The notes below the pieces were generated by a model. The model was not told where the DNA came from, did no database searches, and saw only the letters and a list, made by a program, of their open reading frames with translations. DNA of 45,218 nucleotides, taken from the NCBI GenBank assembly GCA_964586975.1, contig CAZPJV010000002.1:1-45218 (forward strand), read 5' to 3'. Of the stretch, positions 32,301 through 40,500 are shown in pieces. The DNA is from an uncultured Candidatus Saccharibacteria bacterium (GTDB taxonomy: Bacteria; Patescibacteriota; Minisyncoccia; Phycocordibacterales; UBA9973). Numbering within the stretch: the stretch's first letter is position 1; every line of letters starts with the position of its first letter. Position numbers and translations under genes: made by a program.

Positions 32301-32749
32301 TAAGCCAAACCTTTTTTCAAAAATTGCAAAAATATCCACTGCGTCCACTTGTAGTATTTCGGATCAGTGGTATTTATTTCCCGCGACCAGTCAAAAGAAA
32401 TTCCCAGGGATTTTATCTGCTGGCGGAAAGTATCGCTATTTTTTTTAGTAACCACCCGAGGGTCTTGACCGGTCTTGATGGCGTAGTTTTCCGTCGGCAA
32501 ACCAAACGCGTCCCAACCGATGGGGTAAAGCACATTAAAACCTTCCATCCTTTTTTTTCTGGAAATCACATCCATCCCGATATACGGCCGCGGATGTCCC
32601 ACATGCAACCCGTCGCCGGAAGGATAAGGAAACTCAATCAAGCTGTAATATTTAGGTTGTTTTGATAGATCTTTGGCTTGAAAAACCTTCTTTTCCTCCC
32701 AAATTTTCTGCCACTTTCGTTCCAACCCCAAATGCTCATATTCTTTCAT
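29351..32749 (-). CDS. leuS: Leucine--tRNA ligase carrying five in-frame insertions (three TIR elements, one with a DUF559 domain; one hairpin element; one Nudix domain)
   Basis: HIGH (GDGLHVGHP), KMSKS (KMSKSRGN), CP1 editing motifs (TTRPDTIFGATY, GTSAIMAVPAHDERDFEFA), RDWVFSRQRYWGEPIP, and GGNEHTTLHLLYSRFW. At 1132 aa it is much longer than the roughly 860 aa of E. coli LeuRS. Confidence 0.95.
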   Translation of the reverse strand: MKEYEHLGLERKWQKIWEEKKVFQAKDLSKQPKYYSLIEFPYPSGDGLHVGHPRPYIGMDVISRKKRMEGFNVLYPIGWDAFGLPTENYAIKTGQDPRVVTKKNSDTFRQQIKSLGISFDWSREINTTDPKYYKWTQWIFLQFLKKGLAYKAKIPINWCPSCKIGLANEEVVGGACERCGTPVEKKEKEQWMLGITKYAERLDKDLDTVDYLPHIKLAQRNWIGKSEGAEIEFKIKNLTPDLPPAPSQGRGALPGYVTTDAEVYKELFEKALEMRKNPTQAERKLWEALKANKQRYHFRRQHIIDHFIVDFLCLPKNLVIEIEGGVHNYQRERDAERINRLETLGYTILRFSNEEVLENLADVIRRINKKLETLPDYPLSLGEGQGEVELGIKVFTTRPDTIFGATYLAIAPEVAKKLAGSDFGVKSEENKPARHGLKPQAMAGGEKIGKDTGLRAINPANGEEIPVWVVNYVSYDYGTSAIMAVPAHDERDFEFAKKYSLPIKNVIEPTFFDNPREDLPFVEREAVHAILKHCSEDKYLVLKWKKVDWVTFITGGVDEGETPLQAVEREIREETGYQNFKLLKELPRSHSKFYHVPKKENRFAHFSNFYFELKNGEQKELTPDEKEKHELIWVTKPELERIMNIEGSLRDWHILQGQEQVYTGEGILANSGKFDGMDSEKVKREIVRFVGGREKTTFKLRDWVFSRQRYWGEPIPVVFCVSKGSPCSNTWVPVPEKDLPVLLPKIKNYQPTETGESPLANISKWVNTKCPKCKGPARRETDTMPNWAGSSWYYLRYANPQNSKEFASKKNLKYWLGPTPNPFPRKGNKNSLSLGEGQGGVDWYNGGNEHTTLHLLYSRFWHKFLYDLKLVPTSEPYKKRTSHGLILAEGGEKMSKSRGNVINPDDIVKRYGADTLRLYEMFMGPFDQAIAWSEEAIVGPRRFLERVWKIGQKILHLPLTPSKRGGITLSFGEGQGGVDLTLKKILHKTIKKVTEDIENMRFNTAISAMMILATEMERAQWISIKDFKMFLQILSPFAPHIAEELWQGLGEKKSISLSIWPKWDRNLIKDEEIKIAVQVNGKVRAEIVISAEAPAEKVKIQALANETAIKHIAGKNIKKVIYVPGRLINIVL
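29816..29884. repeat. TIR-family palindromic element (cargo-less, 69 bp), in frame in leuS
   Basis: CACCCCTCCCTGTCCCTCCCCAAAGGAGAGGG-TTATT-CCCCCTCTTTTGGAGGGGGTTAGGGGGAGGTG. It encodes LTPSKRGGITLSFGEGQGGV. Confidence 0.85.
30227..30299. repeat. TIR-family palindromic element (cargo-less), in frame in leuS
   Basis: AACCCCTCCCTGGCCCTCCCCCAAGGAGAGGG-AATTTTTGTT-CCCCTTCCTTGGGAAGGGGTTAGGGGTAGGT. It encodes PTPNPFPRKGNKNSLSLGEGQGG immediately before VDWYNGGNEH. Confidence 0.85.
30800..31190 (-). other. Nudix hydrolase domain embedded in LeuRS
   Basis: GGVDEGETPLQAVEREIREETGY (31019-31087) fits the Nudix box GX5EX7REUXEEXGU at every position. Flanking beta-strand-like segments (AVHAILKH..YLVLKW; FYFEL; LIWVT) complete a domain of about 130 aa that E. 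coli LeuRS lacks at this point. Confidence 0.85.
31414..31457. repeat. CTGCCCGCC hairpin element, in frame in leuS CP1
   Basis: On the minus strand it reads GCCTGCCCGCC-ACGGCCTGAAGCCGCAGGCGAT-GGCAGGCGGGG and encodes KPARHGLKPQAMAGGEK. The murJ copy encodes a similar MPARQLAGGDGEK. Confidence 0.6.
31586..32040. mobile_element. TIR-bounded element carrying a DUF559 (Vsr-like) endonuclease domain, in frame in leuS
   Basis: The arm 31586-31620 and the reverse complement of 31996-32028 match at 25 of 33 positions. The interior encodes PTQAERKLWEALK...FRRQHIIDHFIVDFLCLPKNLVIEIEGGVH...RDAERINRLETLGYTILRFSNEEV, which is the DUF559 hallmark pattern. Boundaries are approximate. Confidence 0.8.
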
Positions 32750-32792
32750 ATGCTTCTAATAATACCTAAAATATAAGCTTTTGCAAAACTAA

Positions 32793-33821
32793 TTATCGTG
32801 TTTTGAGAAACGGAGGATACAAGTCTTTGTCGATAGTGCGAGTGAAGCAAGTGCGCCCCTCTTGGTGATCCCAAGATTCGTTGGCTCCACCTCCAGGATA
32901 AGGGTAAGATTCCATAGACACGCTTTTATCATACCCAGCGTAAGGCATGGGCGATATGTCGCCGCTACTGTATTCGCGCCAGCCTTTGGGTATGGGCATG
33001 GAGAAGGTCGCGCACAGTTCAAATTCCAATTTGCCTTTTGCTGCGTATTCATAAACGCTACCCTTTTCAAATTCAGGGTCTACCGGCAGGGACCATCCGG
33101 AAATCGGGTCCACCAAGTCGCTCAGCTTCGCCGGCAATTTTTCTTTCTGTTGCCAATAATTTATTACCTGCCATTGGATGGTTTGCAAATCGCTTACTCG
33201 CCGATCATCCATACGAAGCGATCTCTGCTTCATCGGGCTGCCGATAATAACAAAACTATACGAGATCGCCGCTATGGCTAACACTATACTCACTCCTCCC
33301 ACTATTGTGCCTGTGTTATATTTAGATCCTTCTTCATTTTTGATTAGAGACATGTAGTAAAAGCCTACTAATCCTGCCACTATCAATACTGTTATGATCT
33401 TATATATAAACCTTGTAGTAATTTCTCCAGAGATAAAATAACGCACTAGAGTGATAAGATCCGCAGCCACTACTACCGAAGAAAGAAGCAAAATGATGTA
33501 AATTATCCATTTTCTAAACCCTCGTTCGATACGTCCTCCTTCTATTTTAGAAAATTTGTTCCAAAAATATGACAAGGCTAAGAAAATCGGAAAAACTATT
33601 ATGAGTGTGGCGAGTGCCATGCGCATACCTTCGTATTCGTAAGTTGAGTAACCATATTGATAGGTAGCGTTTAAAACATCCGGAAAACGTTTGTTCAACG
33701 TTTCAAAAACAAGATTGAGAAAAGACACCACTGAAGCTATTAGTGTGATTAGTACCGACACTCCGGTAGAAATTAGGCCGGGGTTAATAGCACCTTTTGA
33801 AATATTTGCTTGTGTTTCCAT
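32793..33821 (-). CDS. DUF5671-like membrane protein
   Basis: The N-terminal half has several TM helices and the YEYEGMRMALATLIIVFPIF pattern seen in DUF5671 proteins. The C-terminal domain is extracytoplasmic. Confidence 0.6.
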   Translation of the reverse strand: METQANISKGAINPGLISTGVSVLITLIASVVSFLNLVFETLNKRFPDVLNATYQYGYSTYEYEGMRMALATLIIVFPIFLALSYFWNKFSKIEGGRIERGFRKWIIYIILLLSSVVVAADLITLVRYFISGEITTRFIYKIITVLIVAGLVGFYYMSLIKNEEGSKYNTGTIVGGVSIVLAIAAISYSFVIIGSPMKQRSLRMDDRRVSDLQTIQWQVINYWQQKEKLPAKLSDLVDPISGWSLPVDPEFEKGSVYEYAAKGKLEFELCATFSMPIPKGWREYSSGDISPMPYAGYDKSVSMESYPYPGGGANESWDHQEGRTCFTRTIDKDLYPPFLKTR

Positions 33822-33870
33822 AACCTATATTGTATCATAGAGGCATTAGACAAGACAACGGCATATTTTC

Positions 33871-34209
33871 ATGCGGAAGAAGTTTGAAAATTTTTCAAGA
33901 AAATTGACTCGCTGGATTGGTTCGCCCTCGTCCATAATCGCGCATACGATTTTCTTTTTAATCATGCTGGGCCTGCGATTTTTCGGTGTTTCTTCCGAGG
34001 ATGTGCTCTTAATCCTCACCACCGTGGTGTCGCTGGAAGCTATTTATCTCTCCATTTTCATCCAAATGACCGTCAACCAGCACGCGGCGGAGCTGGAGGA
34101 AGTTTCGGAAGATATTGGCGAGATTCAGGAGAATGTGGGCGAGATTCAAAAAGACGTGGAAGATATTCAGGAAGAAATCGGAGAGGATGAAGAAATAACC
34201 ACTATTTAG
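33871..34209 (+). CDS. Small two-TM membrane protein (DUF1003/low-affinity iron permease-like) with an acidic repeat tail
   Basis: GSPSSIIAHTIFFLIM...LLILTTVVSLEAIYLSIFIQMTVNQ, followed by the tail EDIGEIQENVGEIQKDVEDIQEEIGE with 7-residue periodicity. Confidence 0.5.
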   Translation: MRKKFENFSRKLTRWIGSPSSIIAHTIFFLIMLGLRFFGVSSEDVLLILTTVVSLEAIYLSIFIQMTVNQHAAELEEVSEDIGEIQENVGEIQKDVEDIQEEIGEDEEITTI

Positions 34210-35093
34210 ATCAAGAACTCTATCACGTCGCCGTCTTGGACGATATAGTCCTTGCCTTCCGTGCGGAGCCAGCCCTTTTCGCGCGCGCGGGCTTTGGAAC
34301 CCGCTTCCATAAGTTTGTCATAGGTAATGACCTCGGCGCGGATGAATTTGTCGCGGAAATCGGTGTGGATGGATTTGCCGGCTTCCGGCGCCGTGGCACC
34401 CCGCTTGGTAGTCCAAGCTCGGGTTTCATCTTCACCGGTGGTTAAAAAAGTAATCAAACCCAGCAAATCGTAGCCAGCCTGAATCAGCTTGTCCAAACCG
34501 GTGCCGAAAACCGGGTCAACTATCAGATACGGCGTGGGGATTTTTGATAAAAAATCCCCACGCCTTCGAACAATCTCCCCCTGTGAAGCCTGCCCGCCTT
34601 CAGCGTTCGGGCGGGGGGGAGTGCCGAAGGCAAGGGGGTCTTCAATCACGGAATTATTTAGTACATACAAGGTCGGTTTTTTTATTCCCGCTAATTCCAA
34701 TTCCATATTAATTACTTCAATATCAAACAGCGGGTCAATTTTTTCGTGCACGTGAATGGTGTTGGGGTCCTCAAAAATTCTTACCACTTCAATAATCGCG
34801 TCCACTTCGCGGATATGCGAAAGGAATTTATTGCCGAGTCCCGCGCCTTCGCTGGCACCCTTGACTAAACCCGCAATATCCACAAATTCCACCACTGCAG
34901 GGATTTTTTTCTTGGATTTGGAGAGTTCGGCGAGCCGATCCACCCGTTCATCCGGCACGGGCACAATGCCCACCGACGGGTCAATGGTGCAAAAGGGATA
35001 ATTCTCCGCCGGTACCCCTTTTTTCGTGAGTGCGTTAAAAAGCGTGGACTTGCCGACATTCGGCAGACCGACAATGCCAATGGATAAAGACAT
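34206..35093 (-). CDS. ychF: Ribosome-binding ATPase YchF (short form) with an in-frame palindromic insertion
   Basis: P-loop GIVGLPNVGKSTLFNALT, DIAGLVKGAS, and the C-terminal TGS-like end YIVQDGDVIEF. Confidence 0.88.
   Translation of the reverse strand: MSLSIGIVGLPNVGKSTLFNALTKKGVPAENYPFCTIDPSVGIVPVPDERVDRLAELSKSKKKIPAVVEFVDIAGLVKGASEGAGLGNKFLSHIREVDAIIEVVRIFEDPNTIHVHEKIDPLFDIEVINMELELAGIKKPTLYVLNNSVIEDPLAFGTPPRPNAEGGQASQGEIVRRRGDFLSKIPTPYLIVDPVFGTGLDKLIQAGYDLLGLITFLTTGEDETRAWTTKRGATAPEAGKSIHTDFRDKFIRAEVITYDKLMEAGSKARAREKGWLRTEGKDYIVQDGDVIEFLI
34531..34564. repeat. Perfect 34-nt palindrome in frame in ychF
   Basis: GGCGTGGGGATTTTT-GAT-AAAAATCCCCACGCC, encoding RRGDFLSKIPTP. Confidence 0.8.
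34588..34618. repeat. CTGCCCGCC hairpin element in frame in ychF (opposite orientation to the host gene)
   Basis: GCCTGCCCGCC-TTCAGCGTTC-GGGCGGGGGG nested within CCTTCG...CGAAGG. It encodes PPRPNAEGGQASQ. Confidence 0.6.
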
Positions 35094-35125
35094 AGATTTT
35101 CACTATAACAAAAAAAGTTAAAAAA

Positions 35126-35650
35126 CTAAATCGGCGCTTTTTCGGGCGCGCGGTCGTTATTGGTTTCAATAAATTGCGCTATTTGCGCTTCATCAATAGT
35201 CTCCTGCTTCAAGAGATAACCCCAAGACGCGAGCGCCACGGGCACATCCAGACTCGCGCGCGGCGACATTATTTTCTTGCCGGAGGCGCTCTGAAACGCC
35301 GACTTTATTTTTTCAATATCGCTGGCCGGCAAATCGGCGCGATACCACACCACCGCCGCGCCATGTTCCATACTGTGAAGCATCAATTCGTCCGGCACCT
35401 GCTCAGCTTTTATGCCGGGACCGGCCACGCCCGCCCAATGCTGACCCGAAGTCGGTGGATTGGAATTGTAAGCTATGTGCTCCGCCCCGCGGGCGACATG
35501 CGTGGAATCCATTAGCGGCATTTTTTCTCCCAGCGGTAATTGTTCCAATCTGACGCTCTCCCCCGCTTCTTGTTTAGAAAACCACCAGGTGCCACCGAAG
35601 ATTACTCCCAGAGTCGCTAACACTATGCTCGTAATTATTATTTTATTCAT
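35126..35650 (-). CDS. DUF3105 domain protein (signal-anchored)
   Basis: N-terminal TM helix, then Y.S.PPTSG.HW and MEHGAAVVWY motifs typical of DUF3105. Confidence 0.7.
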   Translation of the reverse strand: MNKIIITSIVLATLGVIFGGTWWFSKQEAGESVRLEQLPLGEKMPLMDSTHVARGAEHIAYNSNPPTSGQHWAGVAGPGIKAEQVPDELMLHSMEHGAAVVWYRADLPASDIEKIKSAFQSASGKKIMSPRASLDVPVALASWGYLLKQETIDEAQIAQFIETNNDRAPEKAPI

Positions 35651-35678
35651 ATTAACAATTCTATAATTTTATGACATT

Positions 35679-36311
35679 TTAATCAACACTACACCTTCCG
35701 CCATTACCCGGAAACCAGAAAGAGTTGAGTCTAAGTGCCGCTTCATACATTTCTTCTTCCGTCGCGCCCTGGCTCGCCATTAGTTCCAGAAACCCGAGCA
35801 TAGCCATGCCATGATTGCAATCCGGGAAATGCGCGCTGTTGCTACAGCAGGGCCGGTAGATATTTCGGGAGACTTGGTCCACCAAGGCCTGCTGTGCTGG
35901 CTAGAGGCTAATAAACTCGTGCAGGTTGTAGTGCGTCATCGCATCGCCCCGCGCAAGAGTCCAACCGCCGGTGGAAGCAAAGCCGCCCGCCTTCGCCAAG
36001 GCTTCGGCGGGCGAGCCTGCTTGTTTACCGTCATAATTTACCATTTCTTCCAGAAGTATTTCGTTTTTATTCCCCAACCCGAGCGCCCACAGCGTATTCA
36101 AGATAACTTTGGAATTTTCCGCACTAATTTCCAAATATTTACTGTTGTAATAATTTGGAAATTTGCTTTCATCAATCACTCCCGCTTCCACCAGCCTTGC
36201 TCCTAAGTCCCCCCAATATATGCGGAAGTCTTTTGTTTTTTTGCTCACTGGCACCAGCCCGAGACCAATCACGGCGACGGCAAGCAATACGATCGCAATT
36301 ATTCTAATCAC
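35679..36311 (-). pseudogene. Cys-rich secreted/anchored protein interrupted by one in-frame TAG (pseudogene, error or readthrough)
   Basis: ORFs 35901..36311 and 35679..35885 are in the same frame and separated only by TAG (35901-35903) plus 5 sense codons. The joined product of about 209 aa has an N-terminal TM helix and the motif CCSNSAHFPDCNHGMAMLG. Confidence 0.65.
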
Positions 36312-36465
36312 AGCAATGTTTCAACTTTTTAATGGTTGCGCGTATTCCGACCTCTTCTATCTCGTTTAGGATAACACGCCGTTTTTCACATTTAGCACAG
36401 TGAGGGATATGCAGAAATTTCGTTATTTTGGCGATGAGATCGCCAAGTTTTAATTTTAGTTTCAT
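36304..36465 (-). CDS. Possible 53-aa Cys-rich micro-protein (not in ORF track)
   Basis: MKLKLKLGDLIAKITKFLHIPHCAKCEKRRVILNEIEEVGIRATIKKLKHCCD. Its ATG is 1 nt after the ccdA stop, and its stop overlaps the GTG start of the next gene by 8 nt, which suggests translational coupling. Confidence 0.45.
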   Translation of the reverse strand: MKLKLKLGDLIAKITKFLHIPHCAKCEKRRVILNEIEEVGIRATIKKLKHCCD

Positions 36466-36466
36466 T

Positions 36467-37249
36467 TTAGAGTAGGAAGATCAAGATTCCCAATACGACC
36501 ATGGCGACCCCGCCCCAAAGGCGCATATTCTTGTTCTCGGATTTTTTCCAAGCTTTTACTTTTTCCAGGAGCGCGCCGTCGCTGGCAATCGCGAGAATGA
36601 CGACCAACGGCAGAATGAATATCAGATTGTAGAACAGGAGATAGCCTACGCCCGCAAAGTAAGTGCCTTGGTCGTGCAAAAGCCCGAGCACCATGAGGTA
36701 GGGCCCGCCGGTGCAGGGAAATTCGCACAAGCCCACCAGCCCGCCCAAGAGAAACGCGGTCGGGAGGGAGGCCTTGTTCATCAGCACCGCCATTTTTTCG
36801 TGCGCCGCCGCGGGAATACGAAGCTTGAGCGGAAACGCCGGAAAAAATTCGTTAATCAGATTGATACTGCCGAGCGCGATTAGGAGCGCCGCACCCACTT
36901 TAGCCATGAAGTGGGGCGTGTTGAAGAGGTGGAGCGCTTGGAGAATTCCCAGACCAATCAGGAGATAGACCGTGAACAATCCCAGAATGTAGACTCCGCC
37001 AATTTTAAGGATACTGCCGCGGCTTTTTTGCAACGACAGAAGAAAAGCAATCGTCAGGAGGAGTATCCCGAAGGCGCAGGGGTTGATGCTGTCAATTAGC
37101 GCGGCCACGCCCACTAAAGGCAAAAGCCATTTGCCTTCGCTTGAGAGATTCCAGAGCGCGTTGGCGCCGATGTTGCCGGTTTTGAGAAGGATGACCGTGC
37201 CAAACAAAAGCACCGCAATCGTAATAAGTATTTTCAACTTTTTGCTCAT
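36467..37249 (-). CDS. ccdA: Cytochrome c biogenesis protein CcdA / DsbD-like thiol-disulfide transmembrane transporter
   Basis: Six to eight TM helices with the two conserved Cys motifs INPCAFGILL and CEFPCTGGPYL. Confidence 0.8.
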   Translation of the reverse strand: MSKKLKILITIAVLLFGTVILLKTGNIGANALWNLSSEGKWLLPLVGVAALIDSINPCAFGILLLTIAFLLSLQKSRGSILKIGGVYILGLFTVYLLIGLGILQALHLFNTPHFMAKVGAALLIALGSINLINEFFPAFPLKLRIPAAAHEKMAVLMNKASLPTAFLLGGLVGLCEFPCTGGPYLMVLGLLHDQGTYFAGVGYLLFYNLIFILPLVVILAIASDGALLEKVKAWKKSENKNMRLWGGVAMVVLGILIFLL

Positions 37250-37253
37250 GGCT

Positions 37254-37754
37254 TTACGGGGTTACGAGCGCTGAAAATCCAAATCGCAACGGTTCTCCTC
37301 CGCTACTTTCAATAATTATTTCCCGTTCAATGCGTCCAACGCCGGCCGGCCCGTGCGCCGCCGGGTCAAAAGCTACTTCAACCGTAGCTTCTTCGTCCGG
37401 ATTAATTTCCTGGTCTATGGGCGGCACACCACCGTGCCCAGGCATGCCTACGGGACCCCACTGTGCGCCGCGCAGCATGAGAGTGGCGGTGGTGCACATG
37501 CAGGAGGTATACATTTTGGAGAGGTTGATGGGCTCTGCGCCGTCATTTTTAATAGTGAACGTGTTTTTAACAATTCCATTCTTCATAGAGATGGAACCGA
37601 AGTCATATTTGCTCTCGCCCATAACTGCCAGTATTCCGCTGCCGGTTCCTGAAGTCTCCGGGACCGGTACGGCAAGCTTCGCGTCCGGGCGGCCGATCCA
37701 GATGAGCCCGCCCAGCGCAATGATTGCGACAATAACAATAAGAATATTTTTCAT
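37254..37754 (-). CDS. DUF1573 domain protein (signal-anchored)
   Basis: YDFGSISMKNGIVKNTFTIKNDGAEPINL matches the DUF1573 core, followed by SCMCTTA. It lies 4 nt upstream of ccdA. Confidence 0.7.
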   Translation of the reverse strand: MKNILIVIVAIIALGGLIWIGRPDAKLAVPVPETSGTGSGILAVMGESKYDFGSISMKNGIVKNTFTIKNDGAEPINLSKMYTSCMCTTATLMLRGAQWGPVGMPGHGGVPPIDQEINPDEEATVEVAFDPAAHGPAGVGRIEREIIIESSGGEPLRFGFSALVTP

Positions 37755-37787
37755 TTATTTTTGTTTTAAGTTAAGAATTATAAACAC

Positions 37788-37822
37788 ACAAAAAACGCAT
37801 AAACCCTTGCGTCAGGCTTATG
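37788..37822 (-). terminator. Rho-independent terminator
   Basis: On the minus strand, GCATAAGCC-TGACGCAAG-GGTTTATGC followed by GTTTTTTGTGTG. TATAAT follows for the DUF1573-ccdA unit. Confidence 0.6.
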
Positions 37823-37830
37823 CAGATAGA

Positions 37831-38193
37831 TTAAAAAGTGGGGCTATTTTCGTGAAGCGCCAGCCACTTGGTTATGTTTTGGGAATAGGCAAACTTGGGC
37901 CTAAAATCAAATTTGTATCTGTAAAAATATTTCGGCGGATTAAAATCCGGAGTGAAGTAAATTACCGCGACTGCCAGTGCCAGCACTAGTATCGTCGGGA
38001 AAATAACATTCAAAAATTGCTGCCAGTTATTGATATGCCCCAAACTATTGTCGCAGAGCGCAAACCCGCCTTCCGCATAAGGGCAGTTGACCATAGGCGC
38101 GTCATCCGCATGCCCAAACTGGAGCAGACCGAAAATCGCCATGCCTATAAACCCCACCAGCAAAATTGCGCCCAAATATTTCATTGCCTCCAT
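37831..38193 (-). CDS. Membrane protein, unknown function (about 120 aa)
   Basis: Two TM helices flank a Cys/His loop (HADDAPMVNCPYAEGGFALCDNSLGH). A strong SD, GGAGGGG, lies 6 nt before the ATG at 38193; the ORF-track start is 38220. Confidence 0.6.
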   Translation of the reverse strand: MEAMKYLGAILLVGFIGMAIFGLLQFGHADDAPMVNCPYAEGGFALCDNSLGHINNWQQFLNVIFPTILVLALAVAVIYFTPDFNPPKYFYRYKFDFRPKFAYSQNITKWLALHENSPTF

Positions 38194-38229
38194 TATACCC
38201 CTCCGGGGTATCCAGCGCAAGCGCCAATA

Positions 38230-38349
38230 TTATTTATTGATTTGTTTGTAGAGCCAGATGCCGAGCAGAACCAGATCCACTACTACCACCCAGAAAACAA
38301 GTAGCCCCCAGCCCCCGCCCATCATGCCCCCATAGCCTAATCCCATCAT
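38230..38349 (-). CDS. Possible 39-aa Gly/Met-rich membrane micro-protein (not in ORF track)
   Basis: MMGLGYGGMMGGGWGLLVFWVVVVDLVLLGIWLYKQINK. It lies between the copper ATPase and the next membrane gene on the same strand. Confidence 0.4.
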   Translation of the reverse strand: MMGLGYGGMMGGGWGLLVFWVVVVDLVLLGIWLYKQINK

Positions 38350-38389
38350 ATATTTATTTTATTCTTAAATTTATAATCAATCGACTACT

Positions 38390-40486
38390 TTATTTTAACA
38401 CCGTCCGTTTTAGCAGTAAAGCGTTAAAGGCGACGATGACCGTGCTGGCGGACATCAGCACTGCCGCGAAAGCCGGCTCCAGGATTATATTTTTCCAAGC
38501 GAGCGCGCCGGCCGCCAAGGGCAGGGCGAAAATATTGTAGCCCGCCGCCCACCAGAGATTTTGAATCATTTTGGAGTAAGTCATTTTGGACAGCCGGATT
38601 ATTTTCACGATGTCCCGCGGGTCGTTGCGCACTAAAATTATGCCCGCCGACTCAATAGCGACATTGGTGCCCGCACCGATAGCGATACCGAGGTCCGCCT
38701 GTGTTAGCGCTGGCGCGTCATTAATGCCGTCGCCCACCATCGCGACTTTGAGCCCGCGACTTTGTAGCTCTCTTACTTTTTCGGATTTCTCGTGCGGCAA
38801 TACGCGGGCGAAGAATTCTTCAATGCCAAGCTCCCGGCTCACAACCCTGGCCACTTCGGCGGAATCGCCGGTAATCATCACCGGCTTGATGCCGAGAGCT
38901 TTGAGTTTCGCCACGGCTTCCGCCGCTTCCGGCCGTGCCGTATCCGCAACTTCTATCTCGCCTATTTTTACGCCGTCCGCTTCCACTATAATTTGCGCGC
39001 CGCCGCGGTGGCCGACGAAAACTTTTTTGCTTGCCCCTAGCGCAGTCGTGGAGCCTTCAATTTCCGCTTCGCCGCCCACGCCGGGAATGCGTTTAAAGTT
39101 TTTAGATGGAAGTATAGACAATTTTAACTCCCCCGCTTTCTCAACTATGCTTTTCGCAATCGGATGTTCAGAATGCGCATCCACCGCGGCGGCTAGACGC
39201 AGAGTTTCCTCCGAGGAATATGCCGTAACGCTAAATTGACCTCGGGTGAGTGTCCCAGTTTTATCAAAAAGTACCGCACCTACACTGCGCGCCGCTTCCA
39301 AAGCCAACCGTTGTTTAACCAGAAAGCCGTTGTGCGCCGCCTTGGTAGTGGAAATGGAAGCGACCAATGGCACCGCCAGCCCCAGCGCGTGCGGGCAAGC
39401 AATCACGAGCACTGCCACCAGACGCGAAACAGCGAAAGCGACTTCCGCGCCGGCCAAAAGCCAGGCGACAAAAGTGATGGCGCCGCCGGCCACTGCGACT
39501 ATAGTCAGAAGAAACGCCGCCTTGTCCGAGAGTATCTGCAAGCGCGACTTGGAAGCCTGCGCCTCCGCCACCAGACGCATGACGCCGGCGAGAAAAGTCT
39601 TTTCGCCTATGTTGGTAACTTTTATTTTGAGCGAACCGTCTCCCGTAATGGTGCCGGCAATCACGCTGTCATTTTCTTTTTTAAATACCGGCCGCGATTC
39701 GCCGGTCATCATGGATTCGTTGATATCGGATTGTCCTTCGGTTATCAAGCCGTCCGCCGGAATCTTGCCGCCCGGCCGCACCAAGACCACATCACCTTCT
39801 TTCAACTCCGAAATCTCTATGGTTTCTGTTTTGCTTGTCCCGAGTTTAGTCGAGGGATCATTCCTAATTACTTCCGCCGTATCCGGCAGAAGTTTGGATA
39901 GCTCCTTGAGCGCGCCCTGCGCGCCGGACACCGCCCGCATTTCCAGCCAGTGGCCCAAAAGCATAATGGTGATAAGCGTGGTCAGTTCCCAAAACAGCGC
40001 TTCTTCGCCCGCAAAAACAGCATAGACACTCCAGATGTACGCGGCAGAAATAGCGATAGCGATTAGCGTCATCATGCCCGGCAGTCTGCCTTTGATTTCT
40101 CTCCAGGCACTGGCTAAGAAAACCCAGCCGCCATAGAAAAACACCAGCGAGCCGAACACGAGCGGCATGTATGCTAAACCGGGAAATCCTGGCAATGACC
40201 ACTTGAAAATAGTTTTAAAAACATCCGCGTAAAGCACCACCGGAATTGTAAGAAGCAAGCTGACCCAGAATTTGCGCAAAAACATTTTCGTGCTATGTCC
40301 AGCGTGCTTGTCCGCCGAAGCCTTGGCGGAGGCGGATTTGCCGTGACTAGGTTTCATTTTCACCAGCGCCATGCCGCACTCCGGACACATGCCCGGCCGC
40401 TCCTGCCTGATTTCCGGATGCATTGGGCAGGTGTAAATTATTTTTCCGTCTTCTTGTGTTATGTGATGATTGTGTTCCATATCCAT
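38390..40486 (-). CDS. copB: Copper-translocating P1B-type ATPase (CPH motif, CopB-like) with an N-terminal Cys4 metal-binding motif
   Basis: TGES (MTGESRPV), CPH in TM6 ([11 protein letters not shown]), [16 protein letters not shown]-terminal [24 protein letters not shown]. Confidence 0.9.
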   Translation of the reverse strand: MDMEHNHHITQEDGKIIYTCPMHPEIRQERPGMCPECGMALVKMKPSHGKSASAKASADKHAGHSTKMFLRKFWVSLLLTIPVVLYADVFKTIFKWSLPGFPGLAYMPLVFGSLVFFYGGWVFLASAWREIKGRLPGMMTLIAIAISAAYIWSVYAVFAGEEALFWELTTLITIMLLGHWLEMRAVSGAQGALKELSKLLPDTAEVIRNDPSTKLGTSKTETIEISELKEGDVVLVRPGGKIPADGLITEGQSDINESMMTGESRPVFKKENDSVIAGTITGDGSLKIKVTNIGEKTFLAGVMRLVAEAQASKSRLQILSDKAAFLLTIVAVAGGAITFVAWLLAGAEVAFAVSRLVAVLVIACPHALGLAVPLVASISTTKAAHNGFLVKQRLALEAARSVGAVLFDKTGTLTRGQFSVTAYSSEETLRLAAAVDAHSEHPIAKSIVEKAGELKLSILPSKNFKRIPGVGGEAEIEGSTTALGASKKVFVGHRGGAQIIVEADGVKIGEIEVADTARPEAAEAVAKLKALGIKPVMITGDSAEVARVVSRELGIEEFFARVLPHEKSEKVRELQSRGLKVAMVGDGINDAPALTQADLGIAIGAGTNVAIESAGIILVRNDPRDIVKIIRLSKMTYSKMIQNLWWAAGYNIFALPLAAGALAWKNIILEPAFAAVLMSASTVIVAFNALLLKRTVLK

Positions 40487-40500
40487 TATTTAACAGATTT

